The notes under the pieces were generated by a model that saw only the letters and a list, made by a program, of their open reading frames with translations, was not told where the DNA came from and ran no database searches. This document shows positions 12,541 through 25,983 of a stretch of 64,000 nt of DNA, in pieces. Position 1 is the stretch's first letter. Every line of letters begins with the position of its first letter. The DNA is from Gekko japonicus (lineage: Eukaryota). Position numbers and translations under genes: made by a program. The DNA lies in assembly GCF_001447785.1 (NCBI RefSeq), contig NW_015169184.1, positions 767,453 to 831,452 on the forward strand, in the 5' to 3' direction.

Positions 12541-13677
12541 CCATGCACACAAGTGCAGGATTTGACATTTCAAGTCCTAAACAATTTGTGCCCAAGGCAC
12601 ACGAAGGAGTGTCTGATCTTGTACAAACTTGCCCATTTATTGAAATCTTTCCTTGTGGCCGTTTTCTGACATCCCCAGCCAAACGGTGGGCAGTGAACGG
12701 GACCAGGGACTTCTCTGATGAGGCCCCACACCCTTGAAATACTCATCTCAATTAATTCCCAACACTTTCATTATAGTTCTTTCATTTGGTCTCTCTGTTG
12801 ATCATCTTTGTGCAGTGGAATTTTTCTGCTGCTTGTATACTATGATATACTTTTTGTTATCATTTTGTAGTATTTAAATGGTTCCACTGTAATTTTAGTT
12901 TTATTATTGGTTGTTTTTATTAATAGTTCTGGTAGCCATTCTGAGCCAACTGATCTTTGGAACAGCAGGATAAAAATAATTTTAAGTCTGTCAATTAGAG
13001 CTGTGCAGTGCCACATTCGTAAACAAGGCCAATGCACGTGACTCTCCAAATACTGAGCACCACTGACCTTCCCACCTTCTCCACCCCCCAACCCCACTTT
13101 GCAGCCAATTCATGACAAGCAGTTCATTTCACTCATTTGCCATGAGCACAGCCCACAGTTATATACCACTCTTCATCTCAAGTTTCTGCTCTGGTCAAAT
13201 GAGTCTGGTGACCCATTCTTCATGAGCAATCCCGTCACCTCAGGCAGAGGAAGAAAAGCTGCCACAATCAGCAAGATGCTCTTAGTAGAAAAAAACCCCA
13301 TAAAGAAATGCTTTGTTTTAAAAAACCACAGTTACCACCAAAGCTCTAAGAAGTTAAATCACCACTTAAAACAAAATAAACCAAAACCCAGCTGAGTATC
13401 AATGAGGGCAATTTGACTCATCATTCAGCCCACCTTGATTCCAACACAAAAATAATTTATCAGCTTATATATGTAGAGGAGTGCACGCAGTGGGAACAAT
13501 AAACGAGCTAACAAACACGGCAGCTTTGCATTCAGTGAAAGGAAATGCTACCACAGTGTACATAGAATGTTTAGCTCCTCACACCATTGATAAGCCCATG
13601 AAGGTCCCCTGACAAGAACCAATGGACTATGATCATTACCATCTGGTGTTTTTTTTGGTTAAAAAATTCCCACTTAC

Positions 13678-13776
13678 CGTTCTGCTGAAAACTAATGCCG
13701 TTTTGCAAAACAGCTGGGGATTACGTGGTTCAAGTTTTTCTAGTGCGCTAATTAAATCAGCCAACTTCGATGAGGC
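13678..13776 (-). CDS. TTC21B: TTC21B coding exon 8
   Basis: 99 nt, CTAG|...|GTAAGT; ASSKLADLISALEKLEPRNPQLFCKTALVFSRT. Confidence 0.93.
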
Positions 13777-14197
13777 CTAGAGAAGAAATCAAGTACTTAT
13801 TTATAAAATTGTGGGAAAGAAGCCTTTGGGGACATTGACAGTTTTTATCATCAGTAACTGTAGTCTTACATAGACACTGTCTGAAACAACTATAATAATA
13901 TATACCAACATATGTTTTATAATATTCTGCTAGAAATTCCTAAAAGAGCAACAGTATAAAATATCCTTGTTAAATAATATTGACTGAGCTATGTAATGCA
14001 TCTGCCATCTTTTTTTTTTTGCAAAGCACTTTCCTATGGATTTCTAAGCGCCTCAGTTACTGACTCACAGAAATTATTTTAGGAAATTACATCAGGGGAA
14101 AAAAATCCTTCTCATTTATGCAGAGCACGCTTTCATAACACACATTTAAGAACAAGATGCTAAAAATAAAGTTTCAATGTAAAAAAGAAACACTCAC

Positions 14198-14282
14198 CTC
14201 AGGTATATTTCCTTCTCTGCATAAACAGTGTACGGCCTCCATTTTTATAGCTTCCAAGTTAAGAGCATCTTTCTGCAACAAC
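14198..14282 (-). CDS. TTC21B: TTC21B coding exon 7
   Basis: 85 nt, TTCAG|...|GTGAGT; (R)LLQKDALNLEAIKMEAVHCLCREGNIPE. Confidence 0.93.
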
Positions 14283-15778
14283 CTGAAGCAAAACGTTTTA
14301 ATGGGGCAGTCTGCTTTACAACAGCGTGTTTTCTTCCGGAACACAATTTTGTTTCTTTTAACAGGACTGATATCTTCTTCACGATTAATGACCCCTAGAA
14401 AGCAAACCTGAGCAAACTTGTTTACTGACCATAGTAGGCAGAAACTACACACACTCAAATCTCCCCTCCCCCCAAAAAAAGTCTTTAAAGTCTCTTTTAA
14501 GCTATCAAATGATGAAGCCATGCTAAAAGTGGGGATTTTAAAGAATTCTCCTTTAGCAAATACAATGTCACATTTCAGTCTGAATTCATAGAAAAGTTCT
14601 GAGTGTTTACAGTTATACAGTTAATACATTGCACTTCCCTCGCTAACTTCTCTTCAGTCAAGACACAGATAAGCCATGCTACTACGTAGGGGGGGAAATC
14701 CATTGAACATGACTCAGTCTTAACAAGCAGTGCCACAGTTATTTTAAAAAAGTGGAAAGATCTTGTGATACCTTAAGATATTTTTGTGGCACAAGGGATC
14801 AGATGCATGAAATCTTGTCTTCAGTTGACTGTAACCCATGTACACACACAAACGTGAACACGGGGGGGGGGGTAAACAGTGGGATGAAGTGCCAGTGAAA
14901 TACAAGAGGTACAGACTGCGGCATTTCTGTGAGAAGGTTAAACGTACACAAGGTAAGTGCAGTGACCATTCACAACAGCAGTAAGAAGTGATACCGCAAT
15001 CTTGCTGGACTTTGCCAGCTAATTTAATAATGGTGGGGCAAAGGGAAGAGAATCCCTCTTAAGCCTTAACTGGACAGTATCACATTTCCCAATAAATTCT
15101 AGTTTGGAAGCTTCGTGCTGCATTGCCCCCCGAAGGCCTTTTATAGAAAGGCGGTGACTTTTCAACCAGCACCAGGGTGTCCCTTCTGTTCTGAGCCAGT
15201 TTGCCAGGATGGGGCAGCTGTACAGAAGATGGTTTGATTTTCACAAATAATTCAGAACTCAAGAACTCACTGAAAAAGATGGGAAGGTGTTCAGAAGCCA
15301 CTGCAATGAAAGAAGGGAGTGAGAATTCTGTTTCCTGCTCTGTAAGCAAACACAGCTTCACCCTACCGACTTACGTCGAAATTCTCTGCCTTATTGAATG
15401 CGTCCAGGGATCATTCATTCAGCAGTGTTTGAGCTGCTCATGCTCTCTACTAGAAAGAATTATGATCTACTTGCAGACCTGAACTGAACAGCGATATGTT
15501 TCACCTTGCCTTGTCTAGTTATGAGATGAATTCTGAAGCAACCCTGGAAAAATTAAAAGCTCTGTTTCCTCAGTAAGAGACTGACAGTGCAATCCTAAAA
15601 AGAGCTACACCCTTTTAAGCCATCAAAGTCGACCTGGTCAGAAAGGTGCAACTCTGCTTTGGAGGCTATTGCAAACATGTGTGGGAACTTTGTACGCTTC
15701 TCTGCCACATGGGCCCCACAGCTCAGACATTACAACGTGTTTATGGGCATTCAACGAGATCAGTTGAGCAGTGTTCAC

Positions 15779-15936
15779 CTGTGTGCCATCTCTGTGGCTT
15801 GTTCCCAGTCTTGCAGAGCTAGCTGCAGCTTCATTTTCTTTACAAAAGCAGGGAGGAAGTGAGGGAAGTTCGCTATTATTTGATTCACGGTATCCAAAGC
15901 TCCCAAGTAATTCTGGCGTGCTTCAAAATACTGTGC
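15779..15936 (-). CDS. TTC21B: TTC21B coding exon 6
   Basis: 158 nt; [52 protein letters not shown](R); TTAG/GTGAA ends. Confidence 0.95.
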
Positions 15937-16516
15937 CTAAGGGAAGACAAAGTAACCAGTTACTCTCTTTCCTTGTCAGCGGGCAAGCACATTTTCACAC
16001 AAAAAGGGGGAGGGGACGGGAGGCTTCCTGTGGAATACAGCTGTTATTTGGGTTTCAAACATATCAACAACCATTATCCAGAGACATTAAATTAACAGCA
16101 GACATTGAGAACCAATGTGTTTAACCAATGTGGCTGAAGAACTGATGTTATAAGTAACTGACTGGGAAGAAAGAAAGCCAGTATGAGGTAATGCTTAAAG
16201 TGCTGGACTAGGACGTGGGAAAGGTCAAATCCCCATTCAGCCATGAAGGACACTGGGTGATGTTCATTCAGTCACTCTCCCTCAGTTTACCCTTCCTCAC
16301 AGGGTAGTTCTGAACCCTCCTTTAAAAAAAACCAAACACCTCTCAGGAAAATGAGAGATTTTTTACTGTTAAATGCTTTCAAATTCTGGGATTTCCCCAT
16401 TACTGTGTTTTCTCTCATCTTCCTCAATGAGATTAACTCATTCAGCCTAATTTTACTGAGAGTCCATTAAGGCAAGGGGTAGGCAGAAGGTCACTCAGGA
16501 GTGACCAGTCACTCTC

Positions 16517-16796
16517 GGAGGAAGAGGAGGAGGAAGAAGAGGAGATTGGATTTATACCCTGCCCTTCACTACCCAAAGGAGTCTCAGAGCAGCTTACAAT
16601 CGCCTTTTCCTTCCCCTCCCCAACACAGACACCCTGTGAGGTAGGTGGGGCTGCGCGAGCTCTTTCGAGAACAGCGCTGAGAGAACTTGTGACTGACCCA
16701 AGGTCACACCAACAGCTGCATGTAGAGGAGTGGGGAATCAAACCTGGTTCTCCCAGATTAGAGTCTGTGCTCCTAACCACTGCACCACACTGGCTC
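16517..16796 (-). mobile_element. Squam3-type SINE
   Basis: Same family in reverse orientation. Confidence 0.85.
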
Positions 16797-16811
16797 ACTT
16801 CTCTGCTCCAG

Positions 16812-17160
16812 TGAACATAAGAACATAAGAGATGCCAATGTTGGATCAGGCCAAAGGCCCATCCAGTCCAACACTCTGTATCCCACAGTGGCCAGAAATA
16901 CCAGTGCCATCAGGAGGTCCAGCAGTGGGGCCAGGACATTAGAAGCCATCCCTCTGTTGACCCCCCCCCCCAACCCCCAAGATGACAGAGCATCCCTTGC
17001 CCCAGACAGAGACTTCCTACCTCTACCTTCTGGCTAATAGCCACTGGTGGACTTCTGCTCTTGACATAAGAGAAGCCAATGTTGGATCATGCCAGTGGCC
17101 CATCCAGTCACTTCCTGTGGCAGTGAATTCCAAGTGTTAATCACTCTTTGGGTGAAGAAG
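16812..17160 (-). mobile_element. CR1 LINE 3' fragments
   Basis: (AACATAAG)n tail twice on plus strand; FFTQRVINTWNSLPQEV peptide remnant. Confidence 0.75.
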
Positions 17161-17671
17161 TAAAGGCAAGGGGTAGGCAGTGCTGTTTGAATCACTTTCT
17201 TATGCTTTCCTTTAAAGCTACAGCAACTGTTTCTCCCCTCTTTCTCTTTTGTATGAAGGAAAAGGAGGCACACGTATGCAGCTTTGCTCTAAATGGGAAA
17301 ATGGCAGCACCAGCACCCTTTCCCATCTGCCTCTCCCTCCTCCAGGCACACTTGTGCTTGCTCTGAATGGGAAAGAAGCGTACCATGGATGCCTTCCTCC
17401 TGCATCAAAGCTGCTATTTTCCTCTTCCAGGGAAAACAATTGAGGTAACTGTATATTTTTCCCCAACAGATCAAGTTACAATGTGGGATGGTGGTGGTTT
17501 GCTTGGTGAAAACAGCAAAGTTTTCCCACCCCAGCAATGCAAACCTGCTCTGAACACTGTAATTTATGTACAAGCTACCATTTTGTGATGCGCTCCACCC
17601 ACTGGGCATCCATTTGGTAGCTCCCAAGCTCTTGAATATCTCCTAGAAACAAAGTCTCTGCCCTCCCCTGC

Positions 17672-18135
17672 TTTGTTGTTGTTCAGTCACACAGTCGAGT
17701 CCGATTCTTCGCGACCCCATGGACCACATCACGCCAGGCCCTCCTGTCTTCTGTCGTGCTTCGGAGTTTGCTTAATTTCATGTTCGTTGCATCGATAACA
17801 CTGCCTAACCATCTCATCCTTTGCCGTCCCCGTCTTCTTTGACCTTCAACCTTTCCCAGCATCAGGGTCTTCTCCAGTGAGTGCTCCCTTCTCATTTGGT
17901 GGCCAAAGTATTTGAGCTTCAGCTTCAGGATCTGGCCTTCCAGGGAACAGTCAGGGTTGGTTTCTTTTAGGATTGACTGATTTGATCTCCTTGCAGTCCA
18001 AGGGACTCTCAAGAGTCCAGCACCATAATTCAAAAGCATCTATTCTTTGGTGCTCGACCTTCCTTATGGTCCAACTCTCGCAGCCATACATTACTACTGG
18101 GAATACCATTGCTTTGACCATACAGACTTTTGTCT
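17672..18135 (-). mobile_element. RTE/BovB LINE 3' fragment
   Basis: LRVPWTARRSNQSILKE...LKLKYFGH...LEKTLMLGKVEGQRRRGRQRMRW; (CAA)n tail. Confidence 0.92.
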
Positions 18136-18910
18136 CTACTTTTTATTATGCTTCTTTAAGGGACCCATATATAAACAAGTACGCTCCTGTTACCCACCAC
18201 ATTTTCAAGCCCTCAGGATACAGAGGGACAGAAATCAAAATTAAAAGTAAAATAAATGATGGCTTATTCGGTGGCAAAATGTCTTAGTTCCAGGAAACTA
18301 AGGATGCAAATCAACTTTCTGTAACAGATTCCTCTGTGTACCCCCCAAAAGAAAATGAGGGTAGAGATGGTGAGCAGCGTTTTTGAACCATTTCTGAAAG
18401 CCAGCATTCCCATCCCACACAATTCCTTCTGAATTCCATGACTAACTTCCAAACATGACTGTTGGGAAACTTTAGCTTTTCAGCATATAGAAATTCTAGG
18501 CATTGAATTTCAGTCCTCCCCCCACCCCTACGTCACCCAATCCCACAAGACCAATGCATCCGTGGAGCCAGGTTCCTTGAGTGCAAATCAAGGATCCAAC
18601 AAAAACACACACACTCCAAGCACACTGACCTACATGTCCTAGATCGGTCAGCATATACCTGCTGTATATGAACTCAACAGGCTATCATGCAAGGAGTTGG
18701 ACCACTGGTCTATCGGTATTATCTATTCTGACTGGCAGTAGCTCTTCAGGATCTCAAGAAGATAAAGGGAGGCCTTTCCCAAAGCCTGCTACCTGATACC
18801 CTTTCAAGTGGATATGCCAGGCATTGAACCTCGGAACCTCTGTATGTACAGCCTATGCTCTACTATTTGTTATATAATTATGCAGGATTAAAAACTTAAC
18901 ACTGTCTTAC

Positions 18911-19033
18911 CTTCCCCATCAGGGCAAAAATATCATTCCCATCTTGCAACCCTTCATCGAAGTATTTCACAGCTTTTTTAATGCTCGTTTCTTTCCCACA
19001 GGTAACTTCAATCCATGCTTTCAAAATGAGTCC
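18911..19033 (-). CDS. TTC21B: TTC21B coding exon 5
   Basis: 123 nt; [41 protein letters not shown]; ACAG/GTAAG. Confidence 0.95.
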
Positions 19034-19129
19034 CTGTAGAAGAAAAGCAGAATTAAAATTCATCAGAGAGAAATGCTGAGTCTTGCATATATAGAACATG
19101 TAGATTCCTGCCTTTCTGCAAAATGATAT

Positions 19130-19985
19130 TTATTTATTTATTTTTCCATATTTGTATCCCGCCCTCCCCAATGGGCTCAAGGCGGCTAACAAGGGCAAGG
19201 TCATTTGCCATGCCATAGGTAAAAACATATAAAACATAGTAAAACATCCAACACTAAAACCACAGTACTCAATCCATTACTAATATCCTAAATCCAAGAT
19301 GGTAACACCGCAGTTCCAGATGGTCCTCCCATAGTATACATGTCCAATGGCGACGGCTTGTCAGATCTTCAATAGTTTCCAGGTTCTTCCTCGGGCCTCG
19401 TCGATGCATCCTTTAAGATACCTTGATGGTGGTGGTATAGTGGTTTTTTGGTGTAGTGGTTAAGTGTGCGGACTCTAATCTGGGAGAACCGGGTTTGATT
19501 CCCCACTCCTCCACTTGCACCTGCTGGTGTGACCTTGGATCAGTCACAAGCTCTGGCACAGCTGTCCTTGAAAAAGAGCAGTTTGTGTCAGAGTTCTCTC
19601 AGCCCCACCCACCTCATAGGGTGTCTGTTGTGGGGAGGGGAAGGGAAAGGAGTTTGTAAGCCGCTCTGAGACTCCAAGTGAAGGGCGGGGTATAAATCCA
19701 ATCTCTTCTTCTTCTTCTTCTATAATGAGGCGGCGGCTCCTACTCAAAGGCCTGGTGGAAGAGCTCCGTCTTACAGGCCCGGTGGAACTGCTCAAGGTCC
19801 CGCAGGGCCCAGATCTCCCCTGGGAGCTCATTCCACCAGGTAGGAGCCGCCACCGAAAAAGCCCTGGCCCTGGTCACAGCTAGTTTCACATCCTTGGGAT
19901 CCGGGATGACCAACAAATTTTGGGTCCCTGACCGTAGTGCTCTTGGGGGAACATGTGGGGCAAGGCGGTCCCTCAGGCTCTCAAG
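19130..19985 (-). mobile_element. L2-like LINE 3' fragment interrupted by a Squam3 SINE
   Basis: TAAA-repeat tail and ...GTTAGCCGCCTTGAG...GGCGGGAT end on minus strand; boundaries approximate. Confidence 0.5.
19448..19720 (+). mobile_element. Squam3-type SINE (young)
   Basis: ~98% identical to 9795-10071; (TTC)n tail. Confidence 0.88.
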
Positions 19986-21084
19986 GTAGCAAGCAGACAG
20001 ATAGCTCTCAAGGTAGCAGAGAAATAGAACTTTTAAAACAAATAATACAAAAAAGCTAAAACTCTTACCGGCAAATAAACAGACAACTCTGGCATAACAA
20101 TCCGCTAATCACAAAAATTGCAATAAATAGCAACATAGTGATAAAAACAGTAAAACTAGCCATGGGTCATAAAAATAAGTTGCAGTCAGCAGGAGAAAAA
20201 GTCAAACCAGTATTGCATAAAGGGAATTATTCAATTCATATACTTTAAAATACATTCCGGCATACAATATTTTTAACAGAATTCTCAAAAGCCAAAAGAT
20301 AGAGGGGCAAGATGAGGTTCCCAGGTAAGGAGTACCAGTTTAGGAGCCACAGCCCCGCCAAGCCCTGTCCTACATGTCCACCAATATCACATCATTTAAT
20401 AATGGCATGATAGATCAAGGTGGGTACACAAAAGCTCACATCTTGAATAAAGGTTTGTTGACCTTAAAGGTGCCATGGGACTCTAACTTTATTCTAATGG
20501 CATCTAAAACAGGGAAGCAGCAAGTGATCTTAGGTAATGGGCAGTCTTGTGTGAGTCAAAGTGATCCTTTAGGTATCCTGGTTCAAACATGTTAAGGGTA
20601 CTCAAGATCTACATCAGCACTTTGAATTGAACTGCTCAGAAACAAATCAGCAACCAGTGCAATTAGTATGAGTTCTAGTGAAATTTATTTTATTTATTTA
20701 AAACATTTATTAGCCACCTTTGTCCCTTGGATGGCTTACAGTATAAATCCCTGTAGTGGTCTCCACTTGCATTTTTGTCTCCACACGAAGTTACTGATCT
20801 TTCTTCAAAAGTAGCCCCTAGTATACCAAGTTGCAGGACCCCAATCTGGATGTTCTATTATAAAGGCAGGTGTAACTACAGCCTGACCTACTTTCTCCAA
20901 GGAGAGCTGAAACTAGCAAACAAATCTTTTGGTAGAGACAAGCACTCCAGACCACCTCCACCACCTACTTCTAACTTTTTAAACTTTATTCTAAAATTTT
21001 ATGAAATAATTTTCAAATCCTTTTTGTACTCATTCTTTTTTTAAAAAAAACCAGCAAGATCATGGCTAAGAAAAACAAACTTAT

Positions 21085-21640
21085 TTGGTGGGGCCACCAT
21101 TCAGCAGTGGAACACCTACTCAGCATGCAGAAGGTTCAGTCCCCAGCAGTTCCAGCTAAAGGGATCAGGTAGTAGAACCACTCCCAATCAGAGCAGACAA
21201 CACCTGCCTTGAGAGACCAAAGATCTGACTCAGTACAAGGTGAGTGGCTCAGTCTCAGTGGTAGAGCATCTGCTTTGTATGCAAAAGGTCTCATGTTCAG
21301 TCTCCAGTTAAAAGGATCAGGTAGTAGGTGAAAGACTCTTACTTTTGAGATCTTGGACAGCCACCGCCAGTCAGGGTAGACAACACTGATCTTGACAGAC
21401 CAATAGTTTAGCTCAATATAAGGCAACTGTGTTTTCTGCTATAGGCAGGGCCTGTGGCTCAGTCGTATATCACCTCCTTTGCATGAAGAAGGTCCCCAGG
21501 GTCAATCCTCAGCATCACACATCCAGTATGCAATGTGAAGAACCTCCACTTGAGAGCCTGAACTGCTGTTGCCAGTCAGAGTGGACAACTACGACCTTGA
21601 CCAACCTGTGGTCCAAGTCAGCGTAAGGCAGCTTCATGCA
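21085..21640 (+). mobile_element. Three head-to-tail Squam2-type SINEs
   Basis: Three successive tRNA heads (~21090, ~21245, ~21450), each ending in a (C/T)AAGG(CA)-type tail. Confidence 0.65.
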
Positions 21641-22158
21641 CGTTCATACTCGCTCAAAAGCCAACAAGCGGTTCAACCGGAGCCTTCCAGATGCCAGTTT
21701 AGCCATTCCTCCAGTGACTCCCAGAATACTTTACAATTCTTCATGCCAACTGTTGATTGCTAAGGTCTGTGGATTTAGGATTCTCCACAGTTAACGGAAA
21801 CTATTCTGGACTGGCCTAACATTTGCACAGGAAATGTGGCGTTTAAATGTAAACATGACTGGAAGCATCTGTGACAAAAGACCCATGAACTTTGCTGAAC
21901 TGCCTCAAGTGACACTGCTGGCCAGTGACTCATGGCAGTTACCAAGCCACATGTGCTCAACGGCTAACTGAAGAGAAAACCATCAGGCTGGCTTCCAGCA
22001 CTGCTGGTTCTGCCAAAATGTTTCTCGAGAGTTAAATGAAGCAGTTATAACCAGCTATGATCTAAAGAATGACTCAACATAGCTGAGGGGCTAACAGGCC
22101 GTGTTTTATAGCAAGCAGATTCGGATGGACAGGCCACAAAGACAGGAAGGGAGCATAC

Positions 22159-22325
22159 CTCTCTGCTGCCACTGGAGATCTTGATCATTCTGTCAACGTA
22201 TTCGCGGGCTTTCTCGTGGCGGCCAAGATGCCACAAGAACGAAGCAGCATAATATAACGCCTGCTGTCCCGCGACCTTACGATGCTCTTTTAGTTTCCCA
22301 TCAAGTTCCACAATCACCTCTCGAT
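22159..22325 (-). CDS. TTC21B: TTC21B coding exon 4
   Basis: 167 nt; (D)[55 protein letters not shown]; TTCAG/GTATG. Confidence 0.96.
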
Positions 22326-23422
22326 CTGAAACAAAAACCAGTGCAGCTGCAATGGGTGAAATTTTTCAGCTCCTGTGCCCATCTTTTGCTGAATACGGCT
22401 GTTATCTTACTACAGTTTTCTTTCCTACATTTATCTCTCATCTCTCCTCGAATATATTTATTTACTTCGATACTGACACCCCACTGTTCTCCATAATCAG
22501 GGACCCAAAGAGGCTTTCAACATCATTGTCCCCTCCTCCATTTTGTCCTCAAAACAATCATCCTCGGCTGAGAGTATGTGACGGGCCCAAGGTTATCCAG
22601 TGAGCTTCCACAACAGAGTCGCTGATCCAACTACTACAGCACACTGCAAGGACAAGGCAGGAAATCAGGTAAAATTGCCTGTTTCTCCCTCTTTCACTCC
22701 CAGCTTTCATCAGCAGAGGAGGGAGGAAGAGGTGATTTTAGCCAGTTCCCTCTGGTTGCTGCAGAGCCCCACATATTGCTTGCAAAGAATTCCCTACCCC
22801 CAGAGGGGAGTTTTGGGGCAAACAGACAGCGGATTGGGGAAGGAAGGGAAAGACCTGCATTGACAGCTCCTTTTGGGACCTCTTTCTCTAGATCCAGCCC
22901 ATTGGGTTTCATCTTTCGCTAAGCGACTTTTCACTTTCCCCACTGAAGTTACATCAAAGCAGCCCAAAAATGGATGTGTGTGCATGTGTCAGATATAACA
23001 GCTAGTTATCAGTGCTGTGGCGGGGATTAGATGATTTAATAACAACAGCAGCAACAACAACAAAAATAATAATAATGTGATAGCCACAAGCAGGGAACCC
23101 ACAAGGACTCTCGGGAGGAAGGCCCTCATTGGCCCCAGCTGATCTTACTCCTCAACCTACCTGTTTTCCTTTCTCTCCCCCCCAACCCTGCAAACAGTCC
23201 CCACAAGTCACCTCCTTTTCTTGGTTCCTTCCCTCCCTCCCTCCACGATTCATTCCCCCATCTACCACTTTGACTGCTGCTCTGTCCACTACAGCTCTTC
23301 TGTGGTTCCTGCTCTCATGTTTCCCTCCAGGGTCCCATCACTCCTATTACCCTATTTTCTTGCCTTCCTTCTACACACCACATCTTCGTTCTTGCTTCAC
23401 GCTGTCCTGCCTACCTTCTTAT

Positions 23423-23783
23423 CAGGGGTATAGCCAGGATTTTTTATTTGGGGGGGCATTTAAATAAGTCGGGGGCATCCCCCCACCCCTTGGGTAGCCC
23501 TTGGCCCACTAGCACTTATAGCAAGGCAAATAAATAAATAAATAAACTTCTTAGGTGAGGCATTCATAAGTCTTCAGGACTGGCGTGGGGGTGTATGGAA
23601 AAAATCCAGCAACTTCTGGCTACTCTCGCACATGCTCAGAGCACTCTCCTTGTACTTCTTCGTGCCACGCCATGAAGAATAAAAAATAGGAAGTCGGGGA
23701 GCCTGGGCTGGATCGGAAGTTGGGGCCCTTGGTCGTAAGTTGGGGGGCTGGGCCACGAGGGGCCCCATGTAGCTATGGGCCTG
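23423..23783. mobile_element. hAT-type MITE
   Basis: Imperfect TIR CAGGGGTATAGCCA / TAGCTATGGGCCTG; 8-bp TSD CTTCTTAT / CTTCTTAC. Confidence 0.65.
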
Positions 23784-25722
23784 CTTCTTACTCTTTCTTC
23801 TGTGGTGGAAAGTGCCGGCTTGAAGATCTCAAAATTTTGACATCTCAAAATTTTAAAACTCTTTATTTCCCTGCATTGTTTTACAGTTTAAGATTTTTTT
23901 CTGCAAAAGTGGTGGATTCCCCAGGTCTGCAGAAACATCTCCACCGTCTGTACATGACTTCATTGTTTGGATTTTTTGATCTGTATTCTGGTGGCACTAT
24001 TCAGAGATATATTTATAACAGCAAAATGTGGACTAAATTCCTTTGGTAGACTCTGGAACACACAGTCTTTTTAAAAAACTGTACAAATGTTTCATTTTTA
24101 TTCGGACAACATTTTAAGAGGATGTTTTTTCTGAACTCCTATTTAAATGCTAACTACAGAAGTGGCATTTTTTCTTCCCTTTTCAAGGAACAAGTATTAC
24201 TATGGTCAATACACTTAGAAACACAAACTACAGCAGTGTTAACTGGTGAACTTTAGTATGACCAAATAATGCCTCAAGCTTATATTTAACATTTATCAAA
24301 ATCCACAGAAATGTTACTCTTAAGCTAAGCAAGAAAAACAGTTTCCTGCAAAGACTCCAGGAACAAACCAGTGACCTCAACTAATGGTCTGCAGAAATGT
24401 TTATTCTTTGTTTAATCTGAAACGATTTCCAATACCTTGTACAGACTTGGAATTACTAAAAGCCTTACCATAAATATAAATAAATCAAACTACAAAGAAG
24501 TGGAGCAAGGCAAATCCAAGAAGCTGCCTTAAACTGAATCAGATCCTTTTTTTTTTTTTTGCAAATAATTATATATATATATTTGGGTAGCCCTTGGCCC
24601 ACTAGCACTTATAGCAAGGCAAATAAATAAATAAACTTCTTAGGTAAGGCATTCATAACTCTTCAGGACTGGCGTGGGAGTGTATGGAAAAATCCAGCAA
24701 CTTCTGGCTGCTCTCGCACATGCTCAGAGCACTCTCCTTGTACTTCTTTGTGCCGGCTCACGGTGCCGTCCGAGCGAGCAAACCTGCCACGCCATGAAGA
24801 ATAAAAAATAGGAAGTCGGGGAACCTGGGCTGGATCGGAAGTTGGGGCCCTTGGCGGTAAGTTGGGGGGCTGGGCCACGAGGGGCCCCAATGTAGCTATG
24901 GGCTACATTGTGGAAAGTGAGATCTCAAAATTTTTAAACTCTTTATTCCCCTGCATTGTTTTACAGTTTAAGATTTTTTTCTGCAAAAGTGGTGGATTCC
25001 CCAGGTTTGCAGAAACATCTCCACTGTCTGTACATGACTTCATTGTGTGGATTTTTTGATCTGTATTCTGGTGGCACTATTCAGAGATATATTTATAACA
25101 GCAAAATGTGGACTAAATTCCTTTGGTAGACTCTGGAACACACAGTCTTTTTAAAAAACTGTACAAATGTTTCATTTTTATTTGGACAACATTTTAAGAG
25201 GAGTTTTTTTCTGAACTGTACAAATGTTTCATTTTTATTAGGACAATGTTTTAAGAGAATGTTTTTTCTGAACTCCTATTTAAATGCTAACTACAGAAGT
25301 GGCATTTTTTTCTTCCCTTTTCAAGGAACAAGTATTACTATAGTCAATACGCTTAGAAACACAAACTACAGCAGTGATAACTGGTGAACTTTAGTATGAC
25401 CAAATAATGCCTCAAGCTTATATTTAACATTTATTAAAATCCACAGAAATGTTGCTCTTAAGCTAAGCAAGAAAAACAGTTTCCTGCAAAGACTCCAGGA
25501 ACAAACCAGTGACCTCAACTAATGGTCTGCAGAAATGTTTATTCTTTGTTTAATCTGAAACGATTTCCAATACCTTGTACAGACTTGGAATTACTAAAAG
25601 CCTTACCATAAATATAAATAAATCAAACTACAAAGAAGTGGAGCAAGGCAAATCCAAGAAGCTGCCTTAAACTGAATCAGATCCTTTTTTTTTTTTTTGC
25701 AAATAATTATATATATATATTT
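23490..25722. repeat. ~1.1-kb tandem duplication (23490-24582, 24583-25722)
   Basis: Head-to-tail copies with substitutions and reciprocal indels. Confidence 0.93.
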
Positions 25723-25983
25723 AAAAAGATACATAAACACCAAGAACACTCCCCGTATAGAAAAGCAACCTACAGTATACACATAACAACAAAGGGGGGA
25801 AAAAAGAGAAGTAAAAAACAAGCAAATTAAGGCATTGGTAGACAGCTCAACACACAGCATAGATACAAAGAGAAGGAATTCTTTCCCCTTCTTTTTTCTT
25901 TTCCTATAAATATGCATAATTAATGTATAGTTACAACGTGATTAAAGTATAGCGAGAGGCTTATTTAACTTTATCCCATAATC

